DNA of 64,000 bases. Origin: Anthoceros angustus (Eukaryota > Plantae > Anthocerotophyta). The stretch lies in the NCBI GenBank assembly GCA_010909165.1, contig VJWM01000025.1, positions 434,001 to 498,000 of the forward strand, in the 5' to 3' direction. This document shows, in pieces, positions 11,345 through 24,925 of this stretch; positions within the stretch are counted from its first letter, which is position 1, and each line of letters starts with the position of its first letter. The position numbers and the translations under genes were made by a program. Under the pieces are notes generated by a model. That model searched no databases, was not told where the DNA came from, and worked only from the letters and a program-made list of their open reading frames with translations.

Positions 11345-12260
11345 TTTCAAACAAAGTCCGACCTTTATATCACAAATTGGGTATGCTTGTGAACATCAGT
11401 GAATATGGTCATCACAACAACAAGCAAGTTCTAAAATATCTCCATGCGCCACATTTACTTGTTCTTTTGGTAGTAGATTGTGTGGAACAATAAATATTCC
11501 CTATAGGACAAGAATATTGTGTGCCACAAATCTAGGGCACACAAATCTAATAACAAATGCAATAGAAGAATCAAGCCTTAAAGGTCGAAGTGAAAATGGA
11601 CACTTATGTTTCACAGCAGAGGAAGCCTCCATGATATGATCCAGAAGATGCACTGGTGTAACGCTCCAAGCTAATATATCTATTTTCTCCGTTATATCTA
11701 TCCCAAAAAAACTTTTGCAATCCAAAAATTCATCCCACTAGCATCAATTCCTTACCCTGCAACTGTCACCTCATGGTCTGAGTTTGTTCCATGAAACCCT
11801 TTGAATACTTTAATAGAGGTCAGAAATCACGTCCGTTCACTTTTATTGCTACACTTATGGATTAACTTTCTACAGCTTCAGAAAGAGAAATTTCATTTAT
11901 CCATTTAATGGCACATCTTCGTAACCATCTATAGTCATCACTTTTCTACTGGTTTCATTTGTCTGACATTTTCCATCAACTCCAATATAAAACTGTACCA
12001 AAACCACCATCTTTGTTATAAATTCAAATGCATAGTCCATAAAGACTCCTATTACTCCCTTAGTTGATAATAGTGCCACATTGAACAAGCTCTTGCTCCC
12101 AGAGACTTACATGCTTTTTAGTAATTATTTGAATTATTCCCTCTATGGAATCTACTGAGGAAAAAGCCCAACATCCTGCACAAGGACCCTAATCCTTAAA
12201 TGGAGTTACTATTCCCTTTTTTTCTAGTGCATTGACTTTGGTATGTTATTGTGTTCATAC
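11345..12260 (-). pseudogene. Degenerate RD21-like papain (C1A) cysteine protease with granulin domain
   Basis: Manual minus-strand translation: [79 protein letters not shown]; granulin-like LACCCDDHIH*CSQAYPICDIKVGLCL near 11350-11430; many stops and frameshifts. Confidence 0.85.
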
Positions 12261-13254
12261 AAAGTACTATTTCACAAAGCTCTTAGCAAATCTATTCAAT
12301 CTTGAACAAACAAAACACAACCTAAATTCTTCATTTCTAAGTTCAATTTTTTTTGTCACTCATAAGGAATAAGTTTTTTCTTGTTTTACTCTGTGCCCAC
12401 AATTATGCCAAAAATTATCTTTCTATGAGTCATATCCAATTCTTTTCTTTTCTACTAATTCTTTTCATAATTTTTACCAAAGGCTGTTATCTGTGGTCAA
12501 AGATGCTTTACAACACTTTCAAAGTGAGCTTCATTTTCATTCAAAGATGGAACAACAAGCTCATAATAGCTTTCAAGTGCATGCACATTTGTATATATAA
12601 TGATTATTGGGATCAAAATATTTAAAAAAAATTTAGGTAGCGCCATCAAAAGCACCAACTTAGGGAGTTAGAATGAATAGTTCTTGGTAAGCAGATTGGT
12701 ACCTCAATTTTCTCATATTCCTTGAAATGAATTGAGTTTTCAAAGGAAGAAAAAGTGCAAACCATTCCATATCTTGCATGTACCTAGACAAAGAAAACAA
12801 AGAGATCTAATCACATAAACAGATTAACTCTACAAATATCTAAATTTCACATGATTACAAGATTGCAAACATAACAAACTATAACAAGCAGCAAAATATA
12901 AAAACAAAAACTTACATCCACGAATCGATTTTAGTAACTAAAAGAGGAGGATCCGCGTCAAAAATATACATACACAAGTAATTAATACCTAGCATGAATA
13001 GATACCCGGTTGCAATGTGTTCTTCTGAGGGACCTGGGCTGAACTAGTTATAGATAGAGTACAAATAGCTCCTATTATTTTGTTTTTTTCTTTTTATTCA
13101 TTTATTATATAATTTATGTTATGTTATTTATATAGGTAATTTAAGATGCACCTATCATTGTACATGCATATAATAAATGGAGGAACAACCAATTACTATA
13201 CATTACGTCTACACTTGTATCAGAATGTGAAGGGAAACTCGGAAACTTTACATA

Positions 13255-14270
13255 AGAAAAAGAGATGCTGAATTTCATCTACCCCGAGAGGAAAGGGGCA
13301 AAAATCCACGAAGGGAACCTAACCAAGGGGGACTAACCCCCGCGATCCCTCATCTCCTACAACGCGAAGAATTTCGTGATCAGGATATGGAAAGGCCCCT
13401 GTGCCTACCTACCACAAGGGTCGAAGATGCCGCATCCCCAACGCTTGCCGCCGTCCTGTACATTGCATTCGCTAACGCCCTCTACAGGGCGATGGACACC
13501 CATTGCTTAAAGAAAGCCACACTCTAAGAAAGGGGGTGACCAATCCCATTCTTGCGATTGTGGTAAGCCTTGGCACAAGCCTTGACGAACCTAAAGAAAT
13601 CCTTGCCCATGACCCCTTGAGTCTCAATGGCAAGGGGGGATGAAGGTGTGGTCATCCTGCATGGGAGAATACTTATGGACCTTTGCTATCACGCACCCGT
13701 CTGACGCCTAGCCCGGAGGGTTGAGGATAACATGCTTGCAAACATTCTCTCGAGTGGGATCTGTTACAACCACATCAGCAATAGAAACATGATTCATGGA
13801 CAAAAATAGGTCAGCCTTGAGAGAAACACCGCTAGGTAAGGTTTGAGGGCGCTCTCCTTAGCCATCGAGAATATGACGTCCCGGACGGCGTCATGTGGAG
13901 CAATGCGCTGCACTCTTGCGGAACAGCGAGCCAGGTGAGTCCCAAAGTCATCGAGAGGGGCCCCACAGCTGCATGTTGAGAGAGAGCAAGCAAGACCATA
14001 AGCGAGCAACTTGCTTCCTTCCCCGAGCAAGAGTGGAGGTAAGCTCGAGTGGGCTTGGGAATGGAGGAATTCTGGAGAAGGCCTAATTGCGCCTGTCCAT
14101 AATGCTTCTCCAAGACGATGATTTGAAGCCCACACAGCCCACACAGCCCAACATGAGGGATCGAGAAAAATGAGGCAGGGCAGCCCTACCCCTGAGGATA
14201 AAGATCCCCTGGCCAACCTTAAGGATGCCTTAGAGGGAAGCCCCCACCTTCGCGCTTGAGACAAAGGCTT
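13255..14270 (-). mobile_element. 3' fragment of CRE-like non-LTR retrotransposon (CCHC knuckle + restriction-like endonuclease)
   Basis: CSCGAPLDDFGTHLARC..HDAVRD, then ADVVVTDP..KVHKY..FIPLAIETQG..FVKACAK; homologous to 60645-63720. Confidence 0.75.
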
Positions 14271-14359
14271 CCATAGTGTGAAGCATATTATGAACCATCC
14301 ATATATTTGTTGTGTATAATTTAATTTAAATTTAGTTTAAATTTAAATTTAAATTATTT

Positions 14360-16678
14360 TATGCAAATTGGAAGACTATGAGAGAGTTCTTGCCACACTC
14401 CATCGGAAAAGCGTAGCGACGTAGAATGCCATGATAACAGGTTATTCCCACGAGGGGATGGGTCAGAAAGCCCTTGACTTTCACAGTGCTATGCAACAAG
14501 AAGGCGTTGTTGTACCCGACTCTGTACATTTGTGTGCCTCCTGCATGCGTGTTCAAGTCTGGCGGCCCAGCTTTGGACAAGGGTATGCAGCTCCATGCAC
14601 AGATTGAAGAAGAAGGACTTTAACGGGACATGATCCTAGGTTGCAGCCCCGTCAACATGTATGTGAAGCGTGGCAGCGTACAAGATGCCCACATTGTCTT
14701 CGACAGACTTAGTCAAAAAGATGTGGTGACATGGAATGCCATGATAGCAGGCTATTCTCATCCGGACATGGGTCAGGAAGCACTTTGCCTTTACAGTGCC
14801 ATGCAGGAAGAAGAAATCGTTGCACCTGATTCTGTGACATTTGTGTGCCTGCTGCAAGCCTGTGCAAGTGTGGGAACCCTGGCTTTGGAACAGGGGCAGC
14901 AGCTTCATGCACGAATTGTAGAACAAGGGCTGCTAGCTGACAAGGTTGTAGGTAGCAGGCTGGTAAATATGTATGCAAAGTGTGGCAGCCTCAAGTATGC
15001 TGAGACAGTATTTGAGGGACTTCATAAAAATGATGCAGTAGCATGGACCGCTCTGATAGCAGGGTACTGCGAACGGGGCTTGGGTCAAGGAGCCCTTTCC
15101 CAGTTCACTGCGATGCAACAAGAAGGTCTGGCTGCACCAACTTCTGTGACATTCGTGTGCCTCCTTCAGCATGTACCGTTCTGGGTATCTTGGCTCTGGA
15201 CAGGGGAAAGGAACTCCATGCTCAGATTAGGAACAAGGCATTGAAGCTGATCTGAATATATGATAAACATGTACACAATTTGATAAACATGTACACAAAG
15301 TGTGGAAGCCCATGGCATGAGTGTGTTTGACAGACATGGTCAGAAAGATGTGGTGAGATAGAACGTAATGATTGCAGGATATTGCCATCTGGGCTTGGTT
15401 GAGGAATCCCTTGTCCTTACAGTGCTATGCGAAGTGAAGACAGTGATCCACCTGATTCTGTGACATTGTCATGTCTCCTGCAGGCCTGTGCAAGTGTTGG
15501 TACTCCGGGGCTGGAGAAGTGAAGCAGCTTCACGGGCAGATGGAAGTACGAGGACTTGAAGTTGATGTGGTTGTAGGTTGCAGCCTAGTGAGCATGTATG
15601 CAAAATGTGGCAGCCTAGGGGATGCTCATAGCGTACTTGACATGCTTCCGCAAAGAACTGTAGTGACATGGAATGCCATCATAGCAGGATACCCCCAGCA
15701 GGACAAGGGTCAGGAAGCCCTTATTTTCCACAGCATTATGCAGCAAGAAGGCACTGTTTCTCCTGATTGTGTCACATCAGTCTGGTTTCTGCTAGCTTGT
15801 GCAGAGGTGGCAGCGTTGCATGTGGGAAGAAAGCAACACTCCGAGATAAAAGAACAAGGGCATCAAGCTGATGTCTGTAGCCATCGGTTTGATAAACATG
15901 TATTCAAGGCCGGCAGCATGGGTGATGCACAACAGGTGTTTGATGCATTGCGGAGAAGGACATCATCACCTGGAATGCACTGATTGCAGGATACACTCGT
16001 CAAGGAGACAGTGAGCTGGTTTTTGGCTTGGTTCACAAAATGAGAGAGGATGGAGTACAGCCAGATGGCATCACGTTCATTAGTGTAATAACAGTTTGCA
16101 GTCACGCGAGTCTGGCGAACAAGGGACAAGAATATTTTGAGGCTAAAAGCAGACGTTATGGCATCACTACCATGGAGCACTACTACTCATGCTCGGTTGA
16201 CATGTTAGGTCGTGCTGGCCAACTGAATGAGTCTTTTGCGGTGGTGAGAGAAATGCCTGTGCAACCTCAAGCTGCAGTTTGGCACATTCTGTTGGGTGCT
16301 TATCGAAAGTGGAGCAATGTGGAGGTGGCATGCCATGCTTTGCACGGAGCAGTAAAGGTGGACGAAAAAGATTCCGCAGCATCTGTGTCGATGCCCAACA
16401 TATACATTGGTGCCCAGTTGTGGGAGGACGCGCAGGAGATGCAAGTAAGAGAAGAAGTCGGGGCATGGAAGCAGCCAGGCCACAGCTTGTGGACAGACGG
16501 AGATAGCCTGGTTCATTGTTTTCTGGTCGGGGATAAACAGCATCCTAAGAGTGATGGCATATACGCAAGGTTGGAACAGCTTGTTTCCAAAATGAAAAAG
16601 CAAGGGTATGTGCCACATTTGGACTCGTCATGGAACATATCTGATGATGAGGACGACGCATTTCTGGTGGAGGATTGA
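14360..16678 (+). pseudogene. PLS-class PPR pseudogene, WW-like E+ (WKQPGHSLWTD)
   Basis: PLS motifs split across ORFs 14630-15244, 15471-15983 and 16028-16678 with stops and frameshifts; N-terminal cap missing. Confidence 0.85.
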
Positions 16679-18316
16679 AAATTCTTAACACGATCATGTT
16701 GATACTTCGTTTCTCATTTCATCTGAAATGAGGTACATAGCTGTCTGTACATTTTGCATAGCTAGGGTAGTTGTGATATAGGAGTCCTTTTAAGAGGCAC
16801 TGTATGCTACCTCGGTCACTAATACGAGAGATCTTGATCAAAATTGAAGCAATCCGTTTGTTGTTTACAATTGAAACAGAGGCAAAAGCAATGTTCCAAT
16901 CGTAAACGCACTCCCGAGATATTCTGTGCACCGTGCATTCGAATTGCTGTCAAGTGGATTGCAAGGTCTCCATGGTTGCCTGGATCGTCAAATACTGAAG
17001 AGACCGTGTCACATGTCCACCCGAATCTGGTGTGAACAAAGGTTGCAAGCAGGCTCACAAAGCGACTTCCTTCTTGGGTTCCTGTGATTCTCTACCAGCA
17101 TGTGTTAGTCCGGCTCTTCCTGCCGCGGTGTTCATTCCTCTCAGTGTTCAGCGTTCAGCGTTCAGCGTTCATACATCTGATTGTCACAGAGCTGCTCGGG
17201 GCTGGCAATGCCGTCAGCCTGCACCCTGGGGATTCATTCACAGTTCCCGGTCCCTTCGAAGGCAAACATCTTCTATGAGGCAAAAGAGCTTCCTTTCCGA
17301 CATCAAACATGTCGGGACCCCATTGCGCCACTTGCTCCCATTATCACAGTAAAAGCAGCGGAGATCTCATCTGCTCGTGGATGGGCTGGAGTAAATCTAC
17401 ATCTGACAAGGACTTGCTCTCTGAATGAAATGAAATTGTGAGAGTGTGAAACTTTCAGTTTAGCTCGCCAACCTTCAATTAAGTTTTATGCATCTCAAAT
17501 TTATGTATGCACTGTAATTAAATTTTAAATAATTAAATAAAGTTATATACCTGAATATAATATATGTATAAGAGATTTTCTTCAATGTGAGGGCTTTCAG
17601 GCCCTCCTAGGGAGTGATCACTCCTCCAAATGGCTGAGAAATTATGACTGGCATGTTATGCTTAAACTTTTAGACAATGAAACATTAACCTTTCCAAAGC
17701 TAGGTGGTGTTAGCCATGTTGTGGCTTCTCAAAAGCTAATCTAATGAAGGCAGTTTCACTTGCTCGTTGGCACGTCCAGTTTCAATGCAAAATGACTTGC
17801 TTTCAAGGAGACTGAACAAAATTAGCTTTTGTTCTAATAATTTTAGTTGGATGTAAATTAAGATAAAAGCTATGTTAAATGAGCTCATGTGATTAGACAA
17901 TCAGAATTTTTATGAATGAAGCATTGAGACCAGTATTCCATTGATTTAAGCTTCTTGGGCTGCATGAGATAGTCAAATAAATGGTACAATTATGGAGAGT
18001 GACGACCATCACCTTTCGGTAGTGGATAAATGGTCAAATAATGTTTTACTTAAACTCTAGCTACTACAATGCTGAGAATCAAGTATTTGACAACGTCAAC
18101 TAGTACTAAAATTAGGGACCTGCAATTACACCTCATCCATAGGTCTAAATTTTGGTTTGTCAAGTATTGATAGAGCTCCAATTAAGTTTATTTCCCAATT
18201 GATTAGTGGATTGGGTTCCATCACTCTTTCCTATGAACATAATGATCTTTCTAGATATTTTGATGCATTCCTGCAAATTGAATGAATTGCAACATATAAT
18301 GTGATTGCTCGCAAGT

Positions 18317-19744
18317 ATGGAACATAATTTGCTTCTAACTTTAGAAGGACTTAGCATCATTGGTTGTGGAGTTCCTGAAGAAAAAAGAGCATCATTAGAG
18401 ATAGCACTAGCTTTCAAGAGGGATGAAGCAAATCTACGAACAATATCATTTTGGGGGAGGATGTATACTGAAAATGGAAAAGATTATTGGCTAGCTCAAG
18501 GATGTAATTATATTCAGCGCGTTGGATTTGGTGCTTTCAAAAAATGGCAGAATGATGTGAAAGGTTTCTACAGGTAAAACTTGATCACTCGATCAATAAT
18601 CCCCATAAGGCTTTGTAACATCTCTGAATTATTTATTGTAATATTTTAATTTTAGAACCTGGTTATTAATATATTTTGTGTGCAGTCAAGATGGTATAAG
18701 ATGGCAAGATTTGCCTGCACTGTCTGATGACCATTTTATGAAGTGCAAAAAGATAAAAGGAATGTTCAAAGGGAAGCCCAAGGCCAAATACTTCGTGGAG
18801 GATCCACCACCACCTCCTCCACCCCCGCCACCTCCCAAAGATGTTGAGGCAGAAAAGGCTGAAAGTAATCCACAAGACTCTAATTCAACTTTGATTTTCT
18901 TTTGAAATTTTTGTTCCAACTAATACGGGCTAAATTATTATAATGTGGAATCTCGTATAGAGCCTGAGGGAGAGGAGGGTGAAGATGTTGCTGAAAAAGC
19001 AGAAGGTGAAGAAGGAGAGGATGAGGGAGAAGGAGAAGAAAACAAAGAGGAAGAGCCTCCTGAAGAAGAAGGTGAAGAAGAAGGAGATGCAGAACAAGAA
19101 GAGAATGAAGAGGATAAAAAACCTAAAGGAACAAAATTTAAAGAGGTGCAATCTGCACATACTTTCTTGTTAATGAAAAAACTTCTCTCTATAATGTTAC
19201 TCAATCTCGCTTACAAATCAGATAGATAGGCTCTCAGCTTGGATGCGATGGATTGATGAGGAGTGTAGTGTAGTACCAGCTGGATCGTTAAGTTTTGATC
19301 CTCTAAGGAAGCTTGTGAAAAACTCCTATTTTCCAGGTAGTTTTTACTGTCATTGGATTTTAAGATGTCTTCTTCACTTTATTTTGATATAAGCTCTAAT
19401 TTGTCAATGCAAGGTGTCAAATTTTTGGATAAGCTTGACTCCTATTGTCATCTTCTAAAAGGCTTTGAAAATACACCACTAAGTGATGATCCACCAGGTA
19501 CGTGATAAGTATTTATAGCTACATATTATATGTATGGAGTGACATGTTTGTTTTTTAAAATAACTATTGAAAACCATGGATAGGTACATGGAGCTTGCAA
19601 ATACAACATCTAACACAAGATGTTATCTTGCAAAGTAGATTGTGGCCGGGATATACGTTTTTCTACTCTTTTGTTAATAGATCCTATGGATCTTTGTATT
19701 TTGGTACTGGAGAAAGAAATTTAGATCTTGCGTTTATGATATAG
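18317..19744 (+). CDS. RSPH9: Radial spoke head protein 9 homolog (6 exons)
   Basis: Exons ~18317-18573, 18686-18863, 18961-19145, ~19222-19336, 19414-19497, 19584-19744 with GT-AG borders. Motifs FWGRMYTENGKDYWLAQG, DRLSAWMRWIDEECSVVPAG and C-terminal SRLWPG..SLYFGTGERNLDLAFMI*. Confidence 0.85.
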
Positions 19745-20965
19745 CAATATTCTTAATTTAGATGTATTTGTACGTTTTACCCTTCAATTAACTGTAATAC
19801 AACCTACATTTGTCTTGATTCACTTTTATGTCTCAAGTTCATGCATGTTATTGGTACAAGGGAGAAGTAGTCTACTTTGTCTTGTAACATTTTAAACTTG
19901 CTCCTTCCTATATTGTAGATATTTTTTTCTAGGAATAGATGGAGGAGGATTTTTGCCTTTTATCTACAATAATTTTTAAATGATTGAATCTAAATAAATA
20001 TTACATAAAAATAGCTTATAATGGCTTATAACTTTTAGACCTGTTTCTAAACCTCATAAACTATTTGTGCATATTATTTTACCTCTAATATTATGATTCG
20101 AACGAATGCAATGCAAGGAATGTAGCATCTTCAGCTCCGGTGGTAAATAAGCCCTTCTTGATTCTAGACTCTGACATCTTGGGAGCCGTACCTAGGTTCA
20201 TAATAGATATTTGAGAACCCAATCCCCTTCCCATGGGCCCTCTAGAGGGTTGTTTTTTTTTTAATTTAGTATTTTGAAAATAAATCAAAACAACCCTGGG
20301 GAGAAATCTTCAGCAAGAGTTTTGATTCCCCTATGTTACACATCGTATCATCCAAAGAGGAAGAGACTATACTCTTCCCAAAGTCATCTGAATACGCTAG
20401 AATTGTTCCCATTGCCCAGGTGTAGAAGGAACTTCCCATCTATGCATATTTATAACCTCTCTCCACGTTTCTTCTTGTTTTTATATCATAATAATATTAT
20501 TTAATATATAGCTATATAATTTATTAATAAATAAACTTGTGTGCATTATAAATAGAGATAAAAGATACCCATTCTATGCGATAGAGGAATTGTCAATGTG
20601 CTCGTCTCCAACCCCATCACCCATCAAGCAGGCTGGCTGGTTTGCATCATACATGATGTTGTGACCGACTTGCGCTTGCTGCACTCAAGTCTCCTGCCAA
20701 GGCTGCGCTTCAGCAACCTGAGTACATCAAGGGCTCCACCTGGCTCGATGGCTGGCTCAGGCTTACATGCGGGCTGCACTTGCCTGCTGCATCGTGTTGC
20801 TGTGCCTCCACGGGGTGCAAGAAGAAGGTCCTCACGCAAGCACCGACACACACACGCAGACACGAATGGGAGTCTGCAGGGGAGCGTGCCTGCCTGCCTT
20901 CATTGTCCAGGGTGGATGCCAAGCTTTCTGCTTAGCATGTGGAGACGGGTCCTGGTGGTTAAAAA

Positions 20966-23563
20966 ATGGTGTCCAGCTGGAGCTTGCGAATGGCGGATGA
21001 TCCTGAGCCTCTGCCTCGCTGGCTGAGGCTTGCAGGATACGAAATGCTCTTGACGGCTGAAACCGTGAGCAAGCTCCATGTTGCTCAGGCTGTTGAAGCC
21101 TTGGGACATCTGGTGCAGATTCAGTCCTGTGTATCAAAATCTCTGTTTTATGCTGTCCTCAAAAAGTGTGCAGGGAAGAAGGATCTGGTTCTCGGTCGCC
21201 GCGTCCATGCTCTCACGGTGAAAATGGGGTACCAGTCGGACACCTTCCTGTGCAACCACATCCTCCGAATGTATGCCTCTTCCGGCAGGTTGCAAGATGC
21301 AATGGATGTGTTTACCGTCGTTGACAAACCGGATGCCTTCATGTGGTCTTCCATAATTTCGGCGCATGTTGAACTGGGACAAGACAAGCGGGCTATACAA
21401 CTGTATCATCGGATGCGCATGTCAAGTGCGAAGCCAGATGGGCATGTATTTGTGGCTGCACTTCAGGCTTGTGCAAGGGGATCAGACTTGGAAACTGGGC
21501 AGCAGGTGCATGCTCATGTGTTGGCCACGGGCGTTGAACCTGATTTGTTCGTCTGTAGCTGTTTGGTGGACATGTATGCAAAGTGTGGCAGCTTACGGGA
21601 TGCTCAGAGTGTGTTCGATGGAATTAGTCGGAAAAATGTGGTACTGTGGAATACAATGATAGCAGGGTACTCGCAGCGGGGTATGGGGTATGCGGCCCTT
21701 GGTCTCTACAGGGCTATGCAAGAAGATGGCATCGTTGCACCCGATTCCGTGACATTTGTGTGCCTCCTGCAGGCATGTGCAAGCCTGGGCACCGAGGCCT
21801 TGGAGAACGGAAAGCAGCTTCACGTATATGTTACAGAACGAGGACACCAGTCCGATGTGTTTGTAGCCAGCAGTTTGGTGAACATGTATGCAAAGTGTGG
21901 CAGCCTAGAAGATGCCCATAGAGTGTTTGACGGACTTGGTCAAAAGGATGTGGTTACATGGAATGCCATGATAGCAGGATATTGTCAGCAGGGTATGGGC
22001 CAGGAAGCTCTTCATCTTTACGGTTCTATGCAAAAAGATGGCATTGCTGTAGCTGATTCCGTAACATTTGTGTGCGCCCTGCATGCTTGTGCAATCATCG
22101 GCGCCCCAGCCTTAAAGAAGGGGAAGCAGCTTCATACGCAAATCAAAGAACGAGGATGTGAAGCCGATGTAAATGTTGCCAACAGTTTGGTGAATATGTA
22201 TGCAAAGTGTGGCAGCTTGCCAGCCGCACAGAGCATATTCAACGGACTTAGCCAAAAGGATGTGGTGACATGGAATGCCATGATCGCAGGATATTCCCAG
22301 CAGGGCATGGGCCAGGAAGCCCTTTCTCTATACAGTGTTATGCAAGAAGATGACACTGCGGAACCCGATTCCGTGACATTTGTTTCCCTCTTGCAGGCAT
22401 GTGCAAGCCTGGGCACCGTAGCGCTGGCGAAGGGGAAGCATCTTCATGCTCAAATTATGCAACAAGGACATCGAGCTCATGTCTTTGTTGCCAACAGTTT
22501 GGTGAACATGTATGCAAAGTGTGGCAGGTTGGAAGATGCTCAGAGAGTCTTCGATGAACTTGGTCAAAAGGATGTGGTGGCGTGGAATGCGATGATAGCA
22601 GGATATTCCCAGCAGGGGATGGGCCAGGAAGCCCTTCATCTTTACAGTGTCATGCAAGAAGACAGCCTGGCAGTACCTGATTCTGTAACATTTATGTACC
22701 TTCTGCAGGCGTGTGCCAATGTGGCAGCTTTGGATCTGGGGAGGCAGCTGCATGCACAGATTGAAGAACTGGGGCTTCAAGCTGATCTGTTTGTAGCTGG
22801 ATGTTTGATACATATGTATGGCAGGTCTGGGAGCATGGCTGAGGCACAGCAGGTGTTTGATGCGTTGCATGTAAAAGATATTGCCGCCTGGAATGCACTG
22901 ATTGCAGGCTACTCATATCAAGGAGATAGCCAATCGGTCTTCCACCTAATTGAGAGTATGCGGGAGGATGGCATGCAGCCAGTTGGCATCACATTCCTGA
23001 GTGTATTAACAGTATGCAGTCATCTGGGGCTAGTGGACCAAGGGAGAGAGTACTTTGAGGCTATGAGCAGACGATATGGGGTCACTCCCACAGTGGAGCA
23101 CTACACATGCACGGTAGACCTCCTAGGTCGTGCCGGACGATTAGATGAGGCACTAGATTTGGTGAAAAAAATTCCTGTACCGCCTAATGCCGATGTTTGG
23201 CACACTCTGTTGGCTGCCTGTCGAAAATGGAGCAACATAGAGGTGGGATGCTATGCTTTCAATGAAGCAGTGAAGCTCGACAAGAAAGATGCAGCAGCAT
23301 ATGTGTTGATGTGGAACATATACACCGGTGCCCAGATGTGGGAACAGGCAGAGACCATGCACGTGAGGAGGAAAAGAATCAGGGCGTGGAAGCGGCCAGG
23401 TCAGAGCTGGTGGACGGACATGGACGGACTGGTACATACTTTTTTGGCTGGGATCACAAAGCACCCGAAGGAAGAAGGACGGTTAGAATCAGTGAATCCT
23501 AAGCAGAGTAAGTCTTTCTCCCAAAAGAATATTCTAAGCCATTCCAAATTTTTGGTGACTTAA
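20966..23563 (+). CDS. PLS-class PPR protein (~20 motifs)-E1-E2-WW-type PG box, truncated DYW (E+)
   Basis: 865-aa intronless ORF; PLS triplets; WKRPGQSWWTD..VHTF; no HxE/CxxC. True start uncertain. Confidence 0.9.
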   Translation: MVSSWSLRMADDPEPLPRWLRLAGYEMLLTAETVSKLHVAQAVEALGHLVQIQSCVSKSLFYAVLKKCAGKKDLVLGRRVHALTVKMGYQSDTFLCNHILRMYASSGRLQDAMDVFTVVDKPDAFMWSSIISAHVELGQDKRAIQLYHRMRMSSAKPDGHVFVAALQACARGSDLETGQQVHAHVLATGVEPDLFVCSCLVDMYAKCGSLRDAQSVFDGISRKNVVLWNTMIAGYSQRGMGYAALGLYRAMQEDGIVAPDSVTFVCLLQACASLGTEALENGKQLHVYVTERGHQSDVFVASSLVNMYAKCGSLEDAHRVFDGLGQKDVVTWNAMIAGYCQQGMGQEALHLYGSMQKDGIAVADSVTFVCALHACAIIGAPALKKGKQLHTQIKERGCEADVNVANSLVNMYAKCGSLPAAQSIFNGLSQKDVVTWNAMIAGYSQQGMGQEALSLYSVMQEDDTAEPDSVTFVSLLQACASLGTVALAKGKHLHAQIMQQGHRAHVFVANSLVNMYAKCGRLEDAQRVFDELGQKDVVAWNAMIAGYSQQGMGQEALHLYSVMQEDSLAVPDSVTFMYLLQACANVAALDLGRQLHAQIEELGLQADLFVAGCLIHMYGRSGSMAEAQQVFDALHVKDIAAWNALIAGYSYQGDSQSVFHLIESMREDGMQPVGITFLSVLTVCSHLGLVDQGREYFEAMSRRYGVTPTVEHYTCTVDLLGRAGRLDEALDLVKKIPVPPNADVWHTLLAACRKWSNIEVGCYAFNEAVKLDKKDAAAYVLMWNIYTGAQMWEQAETMHVRRKRIRAWKRPGQSWWTDMDGLVHTFLAGITKHPKEEGRLESVNPKQSKSFSQKNILSHSKFLVT

Positions 23564-24139
23564 AGCAGATATTTATGTAGTATCATCTCACAAGTTTTGC
23601 TACAATGTAGTATCATCTAAATCTTTTAAGTATTAAAATTTATTTTTTATATGTTGGGGACAGTTGGTGGTTTTAGGGTGAACAATGGCATGCCTAATCC
23701 CCTTGGCCTAGGGCCCTATCCTGGGTTCTTCCCCACTTCCTTATACCTCTTTCAATTTTTCAATTTTTTATATTATTTTACCAATATTATGATAAAATCA
23801 TTATTAATTAAGTATCTCTTAAAAAATTTCAATTTTTTTAATTATTAAAAAATATAGATTTTTAAAGTTTCAACTTTCTGCCTTACTTACAATCGTTACT
23901 AGTCAACTACTTCTTTTAACTTCCTACCTTATGTCACTAATACTGTTTCTTTGACACCAATAAAATAATCAGTTAAAACACGATCAAAATAATTCTGAAT
24001 TCAAGGTTGGTAAAAAGAATGTGGCACACTATAGGATTCAGAAACAGAAAACTCAGCAGCAACTACTAGGCAAAGCGCACTAACTAGGCAGAATAGCCTC
24101 CCCCTGGTCCTCCTGTCCAACTTCGCCGGTACTCGCCAG

Positions 24140-24340
24140 GTTGCTTGAACATTTGCATCCGTGAGAGAATGCCAGAGCTCACCCAAGGCTTTCACAACGG
24201 CCACAGCAGTTGGCTTGCCTCCGGCAGCCACTATCTTGGACTTCACCTGCTCTTGGTTCTGGTTGGAGAATCTGAGGTAGGACGAGACCCGCTACACACC
24301 ACCAGCCACCTTCCTCCCATCCTTGCTTTGAGCAGCTGGC
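24140..24340 (-). pseudogene. HMG-box gene fragment
   Basis: KAGKDGRKVAGGV*RVSSYLRFSNQNQEQVKSKIVAAGGKPTAVAVVKALGELWHSLTD resembles HMG-box helices; in-frame stop. Confidence 0.5.
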
Positions 24341-24925
24341 AACGAGGCACCAATAGCCTCTGCTGTCCTCACATCCTCCACACAAATGTCAAATCTTTCC
24401 CTTCATCCACAGACTCCGCTGCTTCCTCCGCATCCCATGGCCGCTCCAGGCAAGGGAGACATGCTTCCTGCTAAGCCCAGGACAGTGAGTAACATGCAAT
24501 GCTGCTTCCAGCCTCTCCGAAGGCTAAATTTGAAACATTCGACCAGCTCACGTTTCCCTGTCAGACTCAGATCAGTGTGACAAAGAGCATCGGTACGTCT
24601 GTATCAGAACTCCCGGCATCTTGCTGAAACTGCTGCATTTCGGTCAGGAGGATGAAACACTATTCAGATGCTCGAAACGATGAAGAAGAAGGCAAGTCTT
24701 TAGGTGAGGATGTGGCACTGGAAGCAACTGATGCTGAAGCAGCATCAGCTCTGGACAATCTGAAGGAAGTTTGTGACAGAGCCACAACGTGGAAGCTTGA
24801 AAGTGGCCGAGGGAGAGCACAAGAACCAGTAAGGTTACAAAGGGGCACACCCATCAAAATTGGAAAACCTAATCATTCGTTGTGTCCGCCTCAGGAAAAA
24901 AACCCTCTTGTTTTTCATTGTAGGT

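Noticed and set aside
14320-14360. (atttaa)n AT tract as a regulatory element
   Set aside because: Low-complexity junction between the retroelement fragment and the PPR pseudogene
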